NCBI GenBank assembly: GCA_934633695.1
Contig: CAKTYT010000001.1
Coordinates: 138,643-202,642, forward strand
Length of the DNA stretch: 64,000 nt
Direction: 5' to 3'
Origin: an uncultured Clostridia bacterium
GTDB taxonomy: Bacteria > Bacillota > Clostridia > Christensenellales > CAG-138
Shown piece after piece: positions 1-10,919 of the stretch. How positions within the stretch are numbered: the stretch's first letter is position 1; each line of letters starts with the position of its first letter. The notes beneath the pieces are model-generated. The model saw only the letters and a list, made by a program, of their open reading frames with translations, was not told the DNA's origin and searched no databases. The translations under genes and the position numbers were made by a program.

Positions 1-2052
1 GTCTACATAATTGCCCCTATCGGAATTTACCTGCTGCTTGCGAATGAACGCAGGAATGATAAAGCACGCAAGTATCCGTATGCAAAGACTCCTGCTCAGC
101 TTGCTCCATCGCTCTTCGATACGAAACCGGAACTTCCGAAAAAGACCGATACAAAGCTGCATTATACAAAAAAAGACTGGATCTTCGTCTGTGCATTGAC
201 TCTTGTCTATGGCGTAATTGCCGTGACCAATCTCGGTTCAACAAAAGCTCCTGAGAACCATTGGGTAGGTGAAGTCGGCGATACGATTACATTCACCTTC
301 GATGGAAATGTCCGGATTGGGAAAATCTGGCAGGACAGCGGCATTACCGACAAGGCAACCTATACGCTGACCGATGATTCCGGAACAAGTACATCTTTTG
401 AAGAAAAGTACACGGATATGTATCGTTGGAAGACCGTTGACACAAAGGGTATGGGTTCGAACGGTACGTCAAAAGTTGAACTTCGAGTCACCTCAGGTAA
501 GGTCATTCTCAATGAGATTGCGTTCTTTGATGATGCAGGGAATCTCCTTTCTGTCAGTGTTACCGATGACAGTGCTGCTGCCGCAGTGGATGAACAATCC
601 TTTGTGCCGGAGTATGCAAGCTACATGACGGGCATGTACTTTGACGAACTCTATCATGCGAGAACAGCTTATGAAAATATCAACAAGCTCAGTGTCTATG
701 AGATTTCGCATCCTCCCCTCGGTAAGCTGATAATCTCGGTAGGCATCAGGATTTTTGGCATGAATCCGTTTGGATGGAGAATTATGGGTGCTTTGTTCGG
801 CGTGGCGATGATTCCGCTCATGTATGCATTCGGCAAGCGTATGTTCAAGCGTTCTGAGCTTGCACTCCTTGCAGCCGGCTTGTTTGCATTCGACTTTATG
901 CACTTTACTCAGACAAGGATTGCAACAATCGATGTTTACGGTGTTTTCTTTAACCTGTGCATGACATATTTTATGTACAAGTTTATCAATATGGATCTCG
1001 GAGACAGTCTTAAAGATACGCTTAAACCCCTTGCCCTGTCTGGATTGTTCTTCGGTATCGGCAGTGCAAGCAAGTGGATTTGCATCTATACCGGTGCGGC
1101 TCTTGCGGTCATGTTCTTTGCTAAGATGATTGTGCTTTGGGTTAAGGCGAATAAGATCAACAGGACAAAGTACACTAAGGCCGAGCTTGACGAGCCTGCA
1201 ATTGAAAATGCAAAGAACTATCCGAAGCGGTTTGGCAAAACCTGTTTATGGTGCGTACTTTTCTTCATCATTGTCCCCGTGATAATCTACTGTGCTTCGT
1301 ACAAACCTTACTGGGATGCGGAGTGGAAGGATAGAGCAGTTAACGCAAAGGTGAATGAAATGTACCTTAACGGCGAACTGAAGTATGGAGATGAGGTACC
1401 CGAAAAGGTGCTTTCGGCAACGGAAACTGTCAAGGCGTACCTCAAGGGTGTATGGGATAATCAGACATATATGTTTAATTATCACAGCGGTCTTGATACA
1501 ACTCATCCCTACCAGTCTGCATGGTATGAGTGGCCGCTCAGCAATAGACCGATTTGGTTCTACTCAGGATACAACACTCCCGGTGAAGGTACCTGTGGTA
1601 CGATCTCGTCCTTCGGTAACCCGGCTGTGTGGTGGGTATGCTTCCTCGGGACGCTGACACTTCTGTTCATGTTCCTCAGAGGCAGAATACGATTTAATAA
1701 CGACTTCGCATTCATCTTCATCTGCATGGGTTCTACAATGTTGCCGTGGATGCTTATTTCGAGGTGCGTGTTCATTTATCACTACTTCGCAACGGTTCCG
1801 CTGATCATCCTTGCCAGCGTTTACGTGCTTAAGCATTATGAGGATAAGTACTATTATTGCGTTGAACCCAACGAGTTTATGCTTCCCGCAAAGCACAAGG
1901 GTGTACTCTGCATCAAGTGGGTATGGCTCGGGGCTGCCGTGCTGCTGTTTGGTTTGTTCTATCCTGTCATTTCGGGTGTTCCCGCAAAGACAGCATACAT
2001 AGACGCTTTGCAGTGGCTGCCTACATGGACATTCAGAGGCATATGGCATTAA
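1..2052 (+). CDS. PMT/GT39-type polyprenyl-phosphate-sugar-dependent membrane glycosyltransferase (5' end outside window)
   Basis: Frame 1 is open from nt 1, with no stop before the track's TTG at 196, so the gene continues upstream. It has many TM helices. The loop motif 'YFDELYHARTAYE' and the C-terminal 'THPYQSAWYEWPLSNRPIWFY' look like PMT / PMT_4TMC signatures. Confidence 0.7.
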   Translation, partial: VYIIAPIGIYLLLANERRNDKARKYPYAKTPAQLAPSLFDTKPELPKKTDTKLHYTKKDWIFVCALTLVYGVIAVTNLGSTKAPENHWVGEVGDTITFTFDGNVRIGKIWQDSGITDKATYTLTDDSGTSTSFEEKYTDMYRWKTVDTKGMGSNGTSKVELRVTSGKVILNEIAFFDDAGNLLSVSVTDDSAAAAVDEQSFVPEYASYMTGMYFDELYHARTAYENINKLSVYEISHPPLGKLIISVGIRIFGMNPFGWRIMGALFGVAMIPLMYAFGKRMFKRSELALLAAGLFAFDFMHFTQTRIATIDVYGVFFNLCMTYFMYKFINMDLGDSLKDTLKPLALSGLFFGIGSASKWICIYTGAALAVMFFAKMIVLWVKANKINRTKYTKAELDEPAIENAKNYPKRFGKTCLWCVLFFIIVPVIIYCASYKPYWDAEWKDRAVNAKVNEMYLNGELKYGDEVPEKVLSATETVKAYLKGVWDNQTYMFNYHSGLDTTHPYQSAWYEWPLSNRPIWFYSGYNTPGEGTCGTISSFGNPAVWWVCFLGTLTLLFMFLRGRIRFNNDFAFIFICMGSTMLPWMLISRCVFIYHYFATVPLIILASVYVLKHYEDKYYYCVEPNEFMLPAKHKGVLCIKWVWLGAAVLLFGLFYPVISGVPAKTAYIDALQWLPTWTFRGIWH

Positions 2053-2064
2053 CGGAGGGGCTTT

Positions 2065-2550
2065 ATGGAAACAAATGACAAAAGCATTGGTCGTCCTTCC
2101 GAAGGGAAGAAAAGTTTTATTCAGCTTATAAAGTTTGCGATTGTCGGTGCAAGCAACACTTTGGTCGACTTGGTAATCACTTCAGTGCTGAATGCAATTT
2201 TTACCTGGTACTATGCTGCAAAGGTCATCGGCTATTGCTGCGGGATCGCAAATAGCTATTTGCTCAACAGCCGGTGGACGTTTAAGGAAGAAAGGCGAAA
2301 GGATACTCGGGAGATAGTGAGCTTTATTGCCGTGAATCTCGTCGTCCTGCTGATTTCCCTCGGTCTTATGAGTCTGTTTAAAAACAACCTCAAGCTTGAT
2401 ACCGTTTGGATGGACCTTGGGTTGCCATCGTGGCTCACAAAGATAATTAACGGTGAGCGTGCGTGTATGCTCCTTTCAACCGTTATCTGCCTTATTGTGA
2501 ACTTTGTCGGCAGTAAGCTGTTCGTTTTTAACGGTAAAAAGGAAGAATAA
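2065..2550 (+). CDS. GtrA family membrane protein
   Basis: 161 aa with 4 predicted TM helices. Motifs 'IKFAIVGASNTLVDL' and 'NSRWTF' are typical of GtrA-like proteins. An RBS GGAGG lies upstream. Confidence 0.8.
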   Translation: METNDKSIGRPSEGKKSFIQLIKFAIVGASNTLVDLVITSVLNAIFTWYYAAKVIGYCCGIANSYLLNSRWTFKEERRKDTREIVSFIAVNLVVLLISLGLMSLFKNNLKLDTVWMDLGLPSWLTKIINGERACMLLSTVICLIVNFVGSKLFVFNGKKEE

Positions 2551-2557
2551 AATGATT

Positions 2558-2602
2558 TTTGCCGGGGGGAGTCTTATGGGCTTCTTCCGGCAAACTTTTT
2601 TT
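2558..2602 (+). terminator. intrinsic terminator after gtrA-like gene
   Basis: Stem TTTGCCGG (2558-2565) pairs with CCGGCAAA (2587-2594), followed by a T-tract at 2596-2602. Confidence 0.6.
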
Positions 2603-2620
2603 GTCAACACGGAGGTTTAA

Positions 2621-4153
2621 ATGCTCGCAAAAATACAGAGTTACGGACTAATGGGACTTGCAGGCTATCCGGTTACAATTGAGGTTGATATTGGATACGG
2701 ACAGGCAAAGTATGAGACGGTGGGCTTGCCGGATAATGCCGTCAAGGAATCCAGGGAAAGGGTACGCTCAGCGATAATAAATTCCGGGTTCGAATTCCCG
2801 TGCGTCCATACCGTTGTCAACCTTGCTCCTGCAGACATCAAAAAAGAAGGTTCTGTTTATGATTTGCCGATTGCAATAGGCATCCTTGCGGCAAACGGCG
2901 ACATAAAACAGGAGACGGTCGGAAATTGGCTGATTATGGGTGAGCTCGCTCTTGACGGAACTGTCCGCGGAATAACCGGCGTGCTGCCCATGATAATCGA
3001 TGCCTGCTCAAGGGGCTATAATTCAGTCATCCTTCCGAAAGAAAATGCGGCAGAAGCAATGTATATAAAAGATATAACGGTCATCCCGGTTGAAAGTTTG
3101 TCGGATGCCGTGCTGTTTTTGCGTGGGTTCAGCAATATAGAACCTCAGCCGTATGTGGAATGGCAGCAGATCGTTCATGAGTATGATAATGACTTTGCAA
3201 TGATAAAAGGTCAGCAGTCAGCTAAACGTGCTGCCGAGGTTGCCGTCGCAGGAAACCACAATATTCTTATGATAGGAACTCCCGGTTCGGGTAAGACGAT
3301 GCTTGCAAGGAGCATACCATCAATTTTACCGTCACTTTCAAACGCCGAGGCTCTTGAAATAACCAAAATTCATTCCGTCGCAGGTATTTTGAGGGGGCGA
3401 ATGGGCATCGTAACAGAGCGTCCGTTCAGAACGCCGCACCACTCGGCCTCGATACCATCGCTCATAGGTGGGGGTCCAAAGGCTTTGCCCGGAGAAATCA
3501 GTCTGGCTCATTACGGAGTGTTGTTTCTTGATGAATTGCCGGAATTTCCGAAACCCGTGCTCGAGGCCTTGAGACAACCTCTTGAAGACGGCTTTGTTTC
3601 GGTAACGAGGACAGCTGCAAAGGCGGAATATCCTTCGGATTTCATGCTAGTTGCAGCAATGAATCCGTGTCCGTGCGGAAATTTCGGCTCAAGGAAGCAG
3701 CAGTGTCGGTGTTCAAAGTTTCAAGTTGAGAGGTACAGAAACAAAATCAGCGGACCGCTGCTTGATAGAATAGACATTCATGTTGAAATGACTGAAGTGG
3801 GCTATGATGACTTGACCGGTAAGCAAGCCGGAGAACCATCTGCATTGATAAGGCAGCGAGTTGAAGCCGCACGGGCGATCCAGAGAGAACGCTTTAAAGA
3901 TGATGGGATTTTCTTTAATGCACAGATGAATTCGAAGCAGATAAAGAAATATTGCTGTCTTGGCTCCGATGCTGAAGAACTTATGAAGCTGTCATTTGCG
4001 AGACTCAACCTATCCGCAAGAGCTTATGACAGGATAATAAAAGTCGCAAGAACAATTGCAGATTTGGCAGGGCAGGAAAATATAACAAAAGCTTGCGTTG
4101 CAGAAGCACTGCAATACCGTTCTCTTGATAGTAAGTATTGGGGGAAAGAATGA
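2621..4153 (+). CDS. comM: YifB/ComM family Mg-chelatase-like AAA+ ATPase
   Basis: 510 aa. N-terminal Lon-like domain, Walker A 'GTPGSGKT', and a Cys cluster 'NPCPCGNFGSRKQQCRC'. Confidence 0.9.
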   Translation: MLAKIQSYGLMGLAGYPVTIEVDIGYGQAKYETVGLPDNAVKESRERVRSAIINSGFEFPCVHTVVNLAPADIKKEGSVYDLPIAIGILAANGDIKQETVGNWLIMGELALDGTVRGITGVLPMIIDACSRGYNSVILPKENAAEAMYIKDITVIPVESLSDAVLFLRGFSNIEPQPYVEWQQIVHEYDNDFAMIKGQQSAKRAAEVAVAGNHNILMIGTPGSGKTMLARSIPSILPSLSNAEALEITKIHSVAGILRGRMGIVTERPFRTPHHSASIPSLIGGGPKALPGEISLAHYGVLFLDELPEFPKPVLEALRQPLEDGFVSVTRTAAKAEYPSDFMLVAAMNPCPCGNFGSRKQQCRCSKFQVERYRNKISGPLLDRIDIHVEMTEVGYDDLTGKQAGEPSALIRQRVEAARAIQRERFKDDGIFFNAQMNSKQIKKYCCLGSDAEELMKLSFARLNLSARAYDRIIKVARTIADLAGQENITKACVAEALQYRSLDSKYWGKE

Positions 4154-5274
4154 ATTTGACAACAGCGGATAAATTATTTGTATGGCTCAGCCAGTGCTTT
4201 GAATGCAGCCCTAAACAGGCGATGGATCTTGTTGAAGCAAACGATGGAATTGAACAGTTGCACAAAAACGTATCTTTGGGCAAAATTGTCTCAAATAGGG
4301 AACTTTCAAAGGACAAATATGCTCTTCTTACAAACAACTCGCCAATTCCTCTGATTGAGGACTATATTGAGTTGTTAAACAGGAACGGAGTGTTTCCGCT
4401 GACGATAGCAAATGATTTGTATCCGAATTTACTGCGAGAAATCTATGATCCGCCTTTGGTTTTGTACTGTCGTGGAAATTACGAATCTCTGAATGAGAGC
4501 TTTCTCTTTTCAGTCATAGGCTCAAGGCATTGCACGGAATATGGAGAACAAATGACGAAATATTTTTCGTCTCAGCTCGCACAGGGCGGAATGACCGTCG
4601 TTTCAGGACTTGCTTACGGCTGTGATGCCTATGCTTCAAGGGCCGCTCTCGATTCAGCAAATTCAGCTCTGCCAACTGTCGCTGTACTTGGTCAAGGAGT
4701 ATGTGTGCGAAAAAATGATTCTACAGCAAAACTTATGGACGAAATTGTTCAACGGGGGCTTGTCATAAGCGAAATGCTCCCCTTTTCAAAAGCAACGAGG
4801 TATTCATATCCGATGCGAAACAGAATAATCAGTGGAATGAGCAACGGATTGCTCGTGGTCGAGGCGGGCAGCAAGAGCGGGACCATGATAACTGCCAATG
4901 CAGCCGTTGACCAAAACAGGATGGTCTTTGCCGTCCCGGGAAGGTTAACTGATATGATGAGTACGGGAACGAACAATCTCCTTCAAATGGGAATGGCTCA
5001 ACCGGTATACGGACCCGAAGACATTTTCGAATACTATCGCATGAACTTTCATGGAGTAAGTCTTAAAGAAAACATAGAAGATGCTGAGAAAATGCGACAG
5101 AAAATGACAACTGAGCAAAAGTTGGTGTACGATTTGCTCATTCATGGGGAAAAATCTTTTGACAGTTTATGCGAACTGTCCGGCTGGTCGGTAGAAAAAC
5201 TGAATTTATGCTTGACAGAAATGGAATTTTCGGGTTTAATAAAACAGTTGCCGGGGAGAGTCTATTCTGTATGA
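4150..5274 (+). CDS. dprA: DNA processing protein DprA (Smf)
   Basis: ATG at 4150 overlaps the comM stop (ATGA). The Rossmann-like DprA core shows 'VIGSRHCTEYG' and 'VVSGLAYGCDAYA...GTMITAN'. Confidence 0.9.
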   Translation: MNLTTADKLFVWLSQCFECSPKQAMDLVEANDGIEQLHKNVSLGKIVSNRELSKDKYALLTNNSPIPLIEDYIELLNRNGVFPLTIANDLYPNLLREIYDPPLVLYCRGNYESLNESFLFSVIGSRHCTEYGEQMTKYFSSQLAQGGMTVVSGLAYGCDAYASRAALDSANSALPTVAVLGQGVCVRKNDSTAKLMDEIVQRGLVISEMLPFSKATRYSYPMRNRIISGMSNGLLVVEAGSKSGTMITANAAVDQNRMVFAVPGRLTDMMSTGTNNLLQMGMAQPVYGPEDIFEYYRMNFHGVSLKENIEDAEKMRQKMTTEQKLVYDLLIHGEKSFDSLCELSGWSVEKLNLCLTEMEFSGLIKQLPGRVYSV

Positions 5275-5426
5275 CGAATAGGCTTTGTGTTGGTATTTAG
5301 AGTTAACGGCATTGCTCTTAAGCCGAGAGCAGGAAGAACTCTGCCGGGCTTTGAGTTGTATAAATGTAGTGAATGCAGCAATGAAAGTCAACTGCTTCAC
5401 AATTTTTAACGAAATGAGGTTTTGCT

Positions 5427-7529
5427 ATGGCAGCAGATACTTTGGTTATTGTTGAGTCGCCATCAAAAGCGAAAACTATAGAGAAATATCTCGGTTCAAA
5501 ATATAAAGTCATTGCATCGAACGGCCACGTGAGAGATCTTCCCAAGAGTCAGCTCGGTGTCGATGTCGAAAATAATTACCAACCGAAATATATAACGCTG
5601 CGAGGCCGAGGTGAGGTCATTGAAAAGATACGCAAAGAGGCTAAGAGTGCCAAACGGGTTCTTCTTGCGACTGACCCTGACCGTGAAGGCGAGGCTATTT
5701 CTTGGCACCTTGCACATATGCTTAAAATGGATGAGAATCAGCCATGCAGAGTGGTGTTTAATGAAATAACAAAAAACGTTATAAAAAAATCAATAGAGCA
5801 CCCGAGGGTGATCGACAAAGAGCTGGTAGATTCTCAACAGGCAAGGCGTGTTCTTGACAGGCTTGTCGGTTACAAAATCAGTCCGTGGCTTTGGGCAAAG
5901 GTGCGTCGCGGTCTTTCGGCAGGCAGGGTTCAGTCGGTAACGACGAAAATCGTCTGCGACAGGGAACGTGAGATAAACGACTTTATTCCCAAAGAGTATT
6001 GGACCATTGCCGTTAAGCTCCTCCATGGAAAAAAACATTTTGAGGCGAAGTTCTATGGCTATGATGGTAAAAAAATGGAGCTTTCGTGTGAGGAAGAAGC
6101 AAAGAAGGTCGTTGCCCTATGCAGTAATGCAGGCTACACCGTTAAAGACATTAAAGTCGCAAAAAAAACACGTCACGCTCCTGCACCGTACACAACGAGC
6201 AGCATGCTTCAGGATGCATCCAACAGAGCGAGCTTGCCGTCAAAGAGGACGATGCTTTTTGCCCAGCAGCTCTACGAGGGTGTTGAATTGCCGGGAAAGG
6301 GCAATGTTGGCCTTATAACCTATATGCGTACGGATTCCGTACGTATTTCTGACGACGCTCAGAAGGCAGCCCGAGATTATTTAATCGAGAGATTTGGTGC
6401 TGAGTATGTTCCGGATAAGCCCAATGTTTATAAGGGTCGCAATGGTGCACAGGATGCACACGAGGCGATTCGTCCGACGAATGTTGAACTTACTCCGGAT
6501 ATGCTTAAGCCGTCTCTTGAATCGGGTCAGTATAAACTCTACAAGCTGATTTACGAACGCTTTCTTGCCAGTCAGATGAGTGATGCCGTGTTTGAATCGA
6601 CTTCCGTTGCTATTGACACGGACGGAAGCGAGATTTGCACGTTTAAAGCAAACGGTTCTGTTAAGTTGTTTGACGGCTTCACGGCGGTATATGCAATGGG
6701 TGCGGACGATGAAGATAAAAAAAGCGTTACACTGCCTTCAATGACAGTGGGCGATACACCGAAGTTTGAAAGCATAACTCCGAAGCAGAACTTCACGGAA
6801 CCGCCGGCAAGATACACTGAGGCGTCGCTTGTCAAGACACTTGAAGAACTCGGTATCGGTCGTCCGAGTACCTATTCTCCGACTATCTCTACTATTATCG
6901 ACAGGGGGTACGTCACTAAGGAAAAGAAACAGCTCGTTCCGACGGAGCTGGGATTCATTGTTACAAAACTAATGGAGGATAACTTTAAAGATATTGTCGA
7001 TATCAAATTTACCGCTGATATGGAATCAAAGCTTGACCGGGTTGAGGAAGGCAAGGTTCAGTGGCAGACGGTTATCGATGGATTTTACAGTCACTTCAAA
7101 GATGATCTTGAAAGGGCGTTCGAGGAAGCGGAGAAAATCAAGGTCGAAGACGAGGTTTCCGATGTGCCGTGCGATAAGTGCGGTGCAATGATGGTTTACA
7201 AGATGGGCAGATACGGGAAGTTTCTTGCCTGCCCGAATTATCCCGAATGCAAAAATGCAAAGCCTATAATTGAGCGAATAGGCGTCAAATGCCCTAAGTG
7301 CGGTGCAGACATCATCAAACGTAAGGGTAAAAAGAAGATTTTTTACGGTTGTGAGCGTTACCCCGATTGCGATTTTATTTCGTGGGATATGCCTGTAGAC
7401 ATGAAATGCCCCAAATGTGGCAAACAGCTCGTCAGAAAAATTGGAGCTAACGGTTCGTATGTCGTTTGCCCCGATAAGGCAGGCTGCGGCTACGTTATGA
7501 GGAAGCCTGAAAAAGAAACTGAAGAATAA
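5427..7529 (+). CDS. topA: DNA topoisomerase I
   Basis: 700 aa. TOPRIM start 'LVIVESPSKAKTIEKYLG', and C-terminal Zn-ribbon repeats (CDKCG...CPNYPEC, CPKCG...CERYPDC, CPKCG). Confidence 0.95.
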   Translation: MAADTLVIVESPSKAKTIEKYLGSKYKVIASNGHVRDLPKSQLGVDVENNYQPKYITLRGRGEVIEKIRKEAKSAKRVLLATDPDREGEAISWHLAHMLKMDENQPCRVVFNEITKNVIKKSIEHPRVIDKELVDSQQARRVLDRLVGYKISPWLWAKVRRGLSAGRVQSVTTKIVCDREREINDFIPKEYWTIAVKLLHGKKHFEAKFYGYDGKKMELSCEEEAKKVVALCSNAGYTVKDIKVAKKTRHAPAPYTTSSMLQDASNRASLPSKRTMLFAQQLYEGVELPGKGNVGLITYMRTDSVRISDDAQKAARDYLIERFGAEYVPDKPNVYKGRNGAQDAHEAIRPTNVELTPDMLKPSLESGQYKLYKLIYERFLASQMSDAVFESTSVAIDTDGSEICTFKANGSVKLFDGFTAVYAMGADDEDKKSVTLPSMTVGDTPKFESITPKQNFTEPPARYTEASLVKTLEELGIGRPSTYSPTISTIIDRGYVTKEKKQLVPTELGFIVTKLMEDNFKDIVDIKFTADMESKLDRVEEGKVQWQTVIDGFYSHFKDDLERAFEEAEKIKVEDEVSDVPCDKCGAMMVYKMGRYGKFLACPNYPECKNAKPIIERIGVKCPKCGADIIKRKGKKKIFYGCERYPDCDFISWDMPVDMKCPKCGKQLVRKIGANGSYVVCPDKAGCGYVMRKPEKETEE

Positions 7530-7543
7530 CGAAAGGAATCGGC

Positions 7544-8845
7544 ATGGTAAAAGTTAATGTTATCGGAGCAGGGCTGGCGGGCTGCGAGTGTGCAATGGTG
7601 CTTGCAGAGTCCGGAATTGATGTTAATTTGTATGACATGAAACCCTCAGAAAAGTCACCTGCACACAGGTCTGACAATTTCTGCGAGCTTGTTTGCTCAA
7701 ATTCGTTCCGTGCCGATAAGCTTGACAATGCCGTTGGGCTGCTGAAGCAGGAGTTGCGGCAGCTTGGCTCACTGATTATGAAGTGTGCCGATGAAAACAG
7801 AGTACCGGCAGGCGGTGCATTGGCAGTTGATAGGGAAAAGTTTTCAAAAGCGGTGACGGATGCGATAAGGTCAAACAAACACATCGAAATAATAAGTGAG
7901 CGTGTCGATTCAATTCCCGATGGACCGTGTGTCATTGCAACCGGTCCGCTTACAGATGGGGAGCTTCTGAGATCGATTGAGTCCATGCTCGGCGATAGTT
8001 TGCATTTTTTTGATGCGGCAGCACCGATAGTCACTGCGGAATCTCTCGACATGAGCAAAATTTTCTCAGCCTCAAGGTACAATAGGGGCAATGATTATCT
8101 TAATTGTCCAATGACGAGACTTGAATATTTTAAGTTTATTCGTGCATTGACGGAAGCAGAGACTGCTACGCTGCATGAATTTGAAAGACTTAACGTATTT
8201 GAAGGCTGCATGCCTGTTGAGGTTATGGCAAAACGCGGCGATTTAACACTTGCTTACGGTCCGATGAAACCGGTTGGACTTGAAGGCTGCAAAGCAGGCG
8301 ACGGCAAAAAGCCATTCGCCGTCGTCCAGCTTCGAAAAGAAAATGAAGAGGGAACATTGTTCAACATCGTCGGATTCCAGACTAACCTGAGGTTCGGTGA
8401 ACAGAAACGCGTATTCGGGTTAATCCCCGGTCTTGAAAATGCAGAGTATATGCGTTATGGTGTTATGCACAGAAATTCTTTCCTGCAATCGCCTAAACAT
8501 CTCACGCCGTTTTATTCGCTGAGGACAAGAAAGGATCTTTTTTTTGCAGGGCAGATCACGGGTGTTGAAGGATATGTTGAGAGTGCGGCGAGCGGTTACG
8601 TTGCCGGACTTAACATGAGCAGATTTTTAAGAGGTCAGGAACCGTTGGATTTCACGAGAAAGACTGCGATAGGTTCGCTTGCACACTATGTGAGTGGGTA
8701 CAACGGTGGTGCTTTCCAACCGATGAACGTTTGTTTCGGTATAATGGAAATGTTGCCTGAGGCACCAAAGGAAAAGTTTAAGCGTTTCCTTGCCATTTCC
8801 CAAAGAGCATTGGATACGCTTGAGCAAATAAAAAAAGAAATTTAA
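7544..8845 (+). CDS. trmFO: methylenetetrahydrofolate--tRNA-(uracil-5-)-methyltransferase TrmFO
   Basis: 433 aa. FAD-binding 'VIGAGLAGCECA' and 'CSNSFR'. The position after topA matches the Bacillus arrangement. Confidence 0.95.
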   Translation: MVKVNVIGAGLAGCECAMVLAESGIDVNLYDMKPSEKSPAHRSDNFCELVCSNSFRADKLDNAVGLLKQELRQLGSLIMKCADENRVPAGGALAVDREKFSKAVTDAIRSNKHIEIISERVDSIPDGPCVIATGPLTDGELLRSIESMLGDSLHFFDAAAPIVTAESLDMSKIFSASRYNRGNDYLNCPMTRLEYFKFIRALTEAETATLHEFERLNVFEGCMPVEVMAKRGDLTLAYGPMKPVGLEGCKAGDGKKPFAVVQLRKENEEGTLFNIVGFQTNLRFGEQKRVFGLIPGLENAEYMRYGVMHRNSFLQSPKHLTPFYSLRTRKDLFFAGQITGVEGYVESAASGYVAGLNMSRFLRGQEPLDFTRKTAIGSLAHYVSGYNGGAFQPMNVCFGIMEMLPEAPKEKFKRFLAISQRALDTLEQIKKEI

Positions 8846-8876
8846 TGATTGAGAAATAGAAAAAGGAGTTACTCGT

Positions 8877-9410
8877 ATGGAAATCAGAGGAACTACTATA
8901 TTGGGTATCAGAAAGAACGGCGAATGTGCAATTGCAGGCGACGGTCAGGTGACACTCGGAGAAACTACGATAATGAAACATACTGCAAAGAAAGTTCGCA
9001 GGATATTTGATGATAAAGTTGTTATAGGGTTTGCAGGTGCTGTTGCAGATGCATTCACGCTCAGCGACAGGTTTGAGGCAAAGCTCACAAAGCATGGAGG
9101 GAGCCTTCGCCGTGCGGCAATTGATCTCGCACAGGATTGGAGAAACGATAAAGTCATGCGTAAGCTAGAGGCACTGCTCATTTGTGCAGATAAAGATGAC
9201 TTACTGATTGTTTCTGGTACGGGAGAAGTTATTGTACCTGACGATGGCATTGCTGCGATCGGCAGCGGCGGCATGTATGCTCTTGCGGCGGCACGGGCAT
9301 TGAATGCGAACACTGAGCTTCCGGCCAAGGAGATTGCCGAGAAGAGTTTGCTCATAGCATCGGAAATTTGTGTTTATACCAACTCACATATTACCGTTGA
9401 AGAGGTCTGA
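8877..9410 (+). CDS. hslV: ATP-dependent protease subunit HslV
   Basis: 177 aa. The N-terminus '[11 protein letters not shown]' carries the Thr nucleophile context. The gene is followed by hslU. Confidence 0.95.
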   Translation: MEIRGTTILGIRKNGECAIAGDGQVTLGETTIMKHTAKKVRRIFDDKVVIGFAGAVADAFTLSDRFEAKLTKHGGSLRRAAIDLAQDWRNDKVMRKLEALLICADKDDLLIVSGTGEVIVPDDGIAAIGSGGMYALAAARALNANTELPAKEIAEKSLLIASEICVYTNSHITVEEV

Positions 9411-9458
9411 GCGGACTGCAAATACATTGAATGAAGTTTGTGAAGGAATGGAATAATA

Positions 9459-10868
9459 ATGCTTACACCAAAACAAATTGTTGATTCTTTAGATAAATAC
9501 ATTGTAGGACAGGGCGATGCAAAGCGTACCGTTGCGATTGCCTTGCGTAATCGCTATAGACGCAGCAGACTTCCTGAAGAAATGCGTGAGGAGATTATAC
9601 CTAAAAACATAATTATGGTTGGTCCTACCGGCGTCGGAAAGACAGAAATTGCGAGGCGGCTTGCAAAGCTCGTGGATGCACCGTTCGTAAAGGTTGAAGC
9701 AACCAAGTTTACGGAAGTAGGTTATGTCGGCAGGGACGTTGATTCAATGGTTCGTGACCTCGTGGAAGTATCAATTCGTCTTGTAAAGCAACGTTGGCAG
9801 GATAAGGTTCGCGTTGCGGCAGATGCAGCGGCAGAGAAGAAGATAATCGACATTCTGTGCGGAGAAAAAACGCAAACGAAGAATGATAACAATCCGTTTG
9901 CCGATTGGGGCGAAGGACTTAAAAAGCTTTTTGGTTCTGCAAATGGTGCGGAGGAAACAAAGGAAGTTGCCGTTGCCGATGCAGAGCAGGCAAAGACTTA
10001 CAGCGACAAGCGTGCAAGGATTGCCGAGGAATTGAGAGCGGGTCAGCATGAGAATGATATTATTGAAATCAATGTGACAGAGTCAGGTCAGGGTAGCGAT
10101 TCTCTCATTGCAATGGGTATTGACGTCAATCTCAACGAGGTTTTCGGCGGTGCTTTGCCAAAAAAGACCAAGTGCCGCAAAGTCACCGTTGCCGAAGCGA
10201 GAAGGATCCTATCTTCTGAGGAAGCGGAGAAGCTTATCGATATGGATGAGGTTACCCGTGAGGCAATTGATAAAGCTGAGCAGGATGGCATTATCTTTAT
10301 CGATGAAATTGACAAAATTGCTGCGGGCAACGGCGGAAATGGTCCCGACGTTTCACGGGAAGGAGTTCAGAGAGATATTCTTCCAATTGTCGAAGGCAGC
10401 ACAGTGAGTACGAAATATGGACCCGTCCGCACAAATTATATGCTATTTATTGCGGCAGGAGCTTTCCATGTTTCAAGGGTGAGCGACCTTATCCCTGAGC
10501 TTCAGGGTCGTTTCCCCGTTCGGGTGGACCTGGATGCACTCACGATGGAGGATTACGAGCGTATTTTGATGAAACCGCAGAATGCAATTACTAAACAGTA
10601 TGCGGCTTTGCTTGAGACGGATAATATCAGAATCCATTTTGAGCCGGAAGCAATTAAGGCTATTGCCGCGGCGGCCTACGCTGCCAATGAAAACAGTGAA
10701 AACATCGGTGCAAGACGATTGCATACGATTGTTGAAAACCTGCTGGAAGACATTTCTTTCAATGCGACGGGTGAACATCCAATGATTGATGTTGCCATAG
10801 ACGAAAAGTATGTACGAGAACATATTTCGCATTGCGGTGAGGATGATCTGGGGAGGTATATCATCTAA
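9459..10868 (+). CDS. hslU: ATP-dependent protease ATPase subunit HslU
   Basis: 469 aa. '[17 protein letters not shown]', Walker A '[15 protein letters not shown]', and '[10 protein letters not shown]'. Confidence 0.95.
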   Translation: MLTPKQIVDSLDKYIVGQGDAKRTVAIALRNRYRRSRLPEEMREEIIPKNIIMVGPTGVGKTEIARRLAKLVDAPFVKVEATKFTEVGYVGRDVDSMVRDLVEVSIRLVKQRWQDKVRVAADAAAEKKIIDILCGEKTQTKNDNNPFADWGEGLKKLFGSANGAEETKEVAVADAEQAKTYSDKRARIAEELRAGQHENDIIEINVTESGQGSDSLIAMGIDVNLNEVFGGALPKKTKCRKVTVAEARRILSSEEAEKLIDMDEVTREAIDKAEQDGIIFIDEIDKIAAGNGGNGPDVSREGVQRDILPIVEGSTVSTKYGPVRTNYMLFIAAGAFHVSRVSDLIPELQGRFPVRVDLDALTMEDYERILMKPQNAITKQYAALLETDNIRIHFEPEAIKAIAAAAYAANENSENIGARRLHTIVENLLEDISFNATGEHPMIDVAIDEKYVREHISHCGEDDLGRYII

Positions 10869-10919
10869 CACCATGAAATTTCTCTGGAGGTAATATAACC
10901 AAAAGGAGGAAGCAAGCTG

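Noticed and set aside
7495-8091. A 198-aa minus-strand ORF antisense to trmFO.
   Set aside because: It is a shadow ORF, and trmFO motifs occupy the opposite strand.
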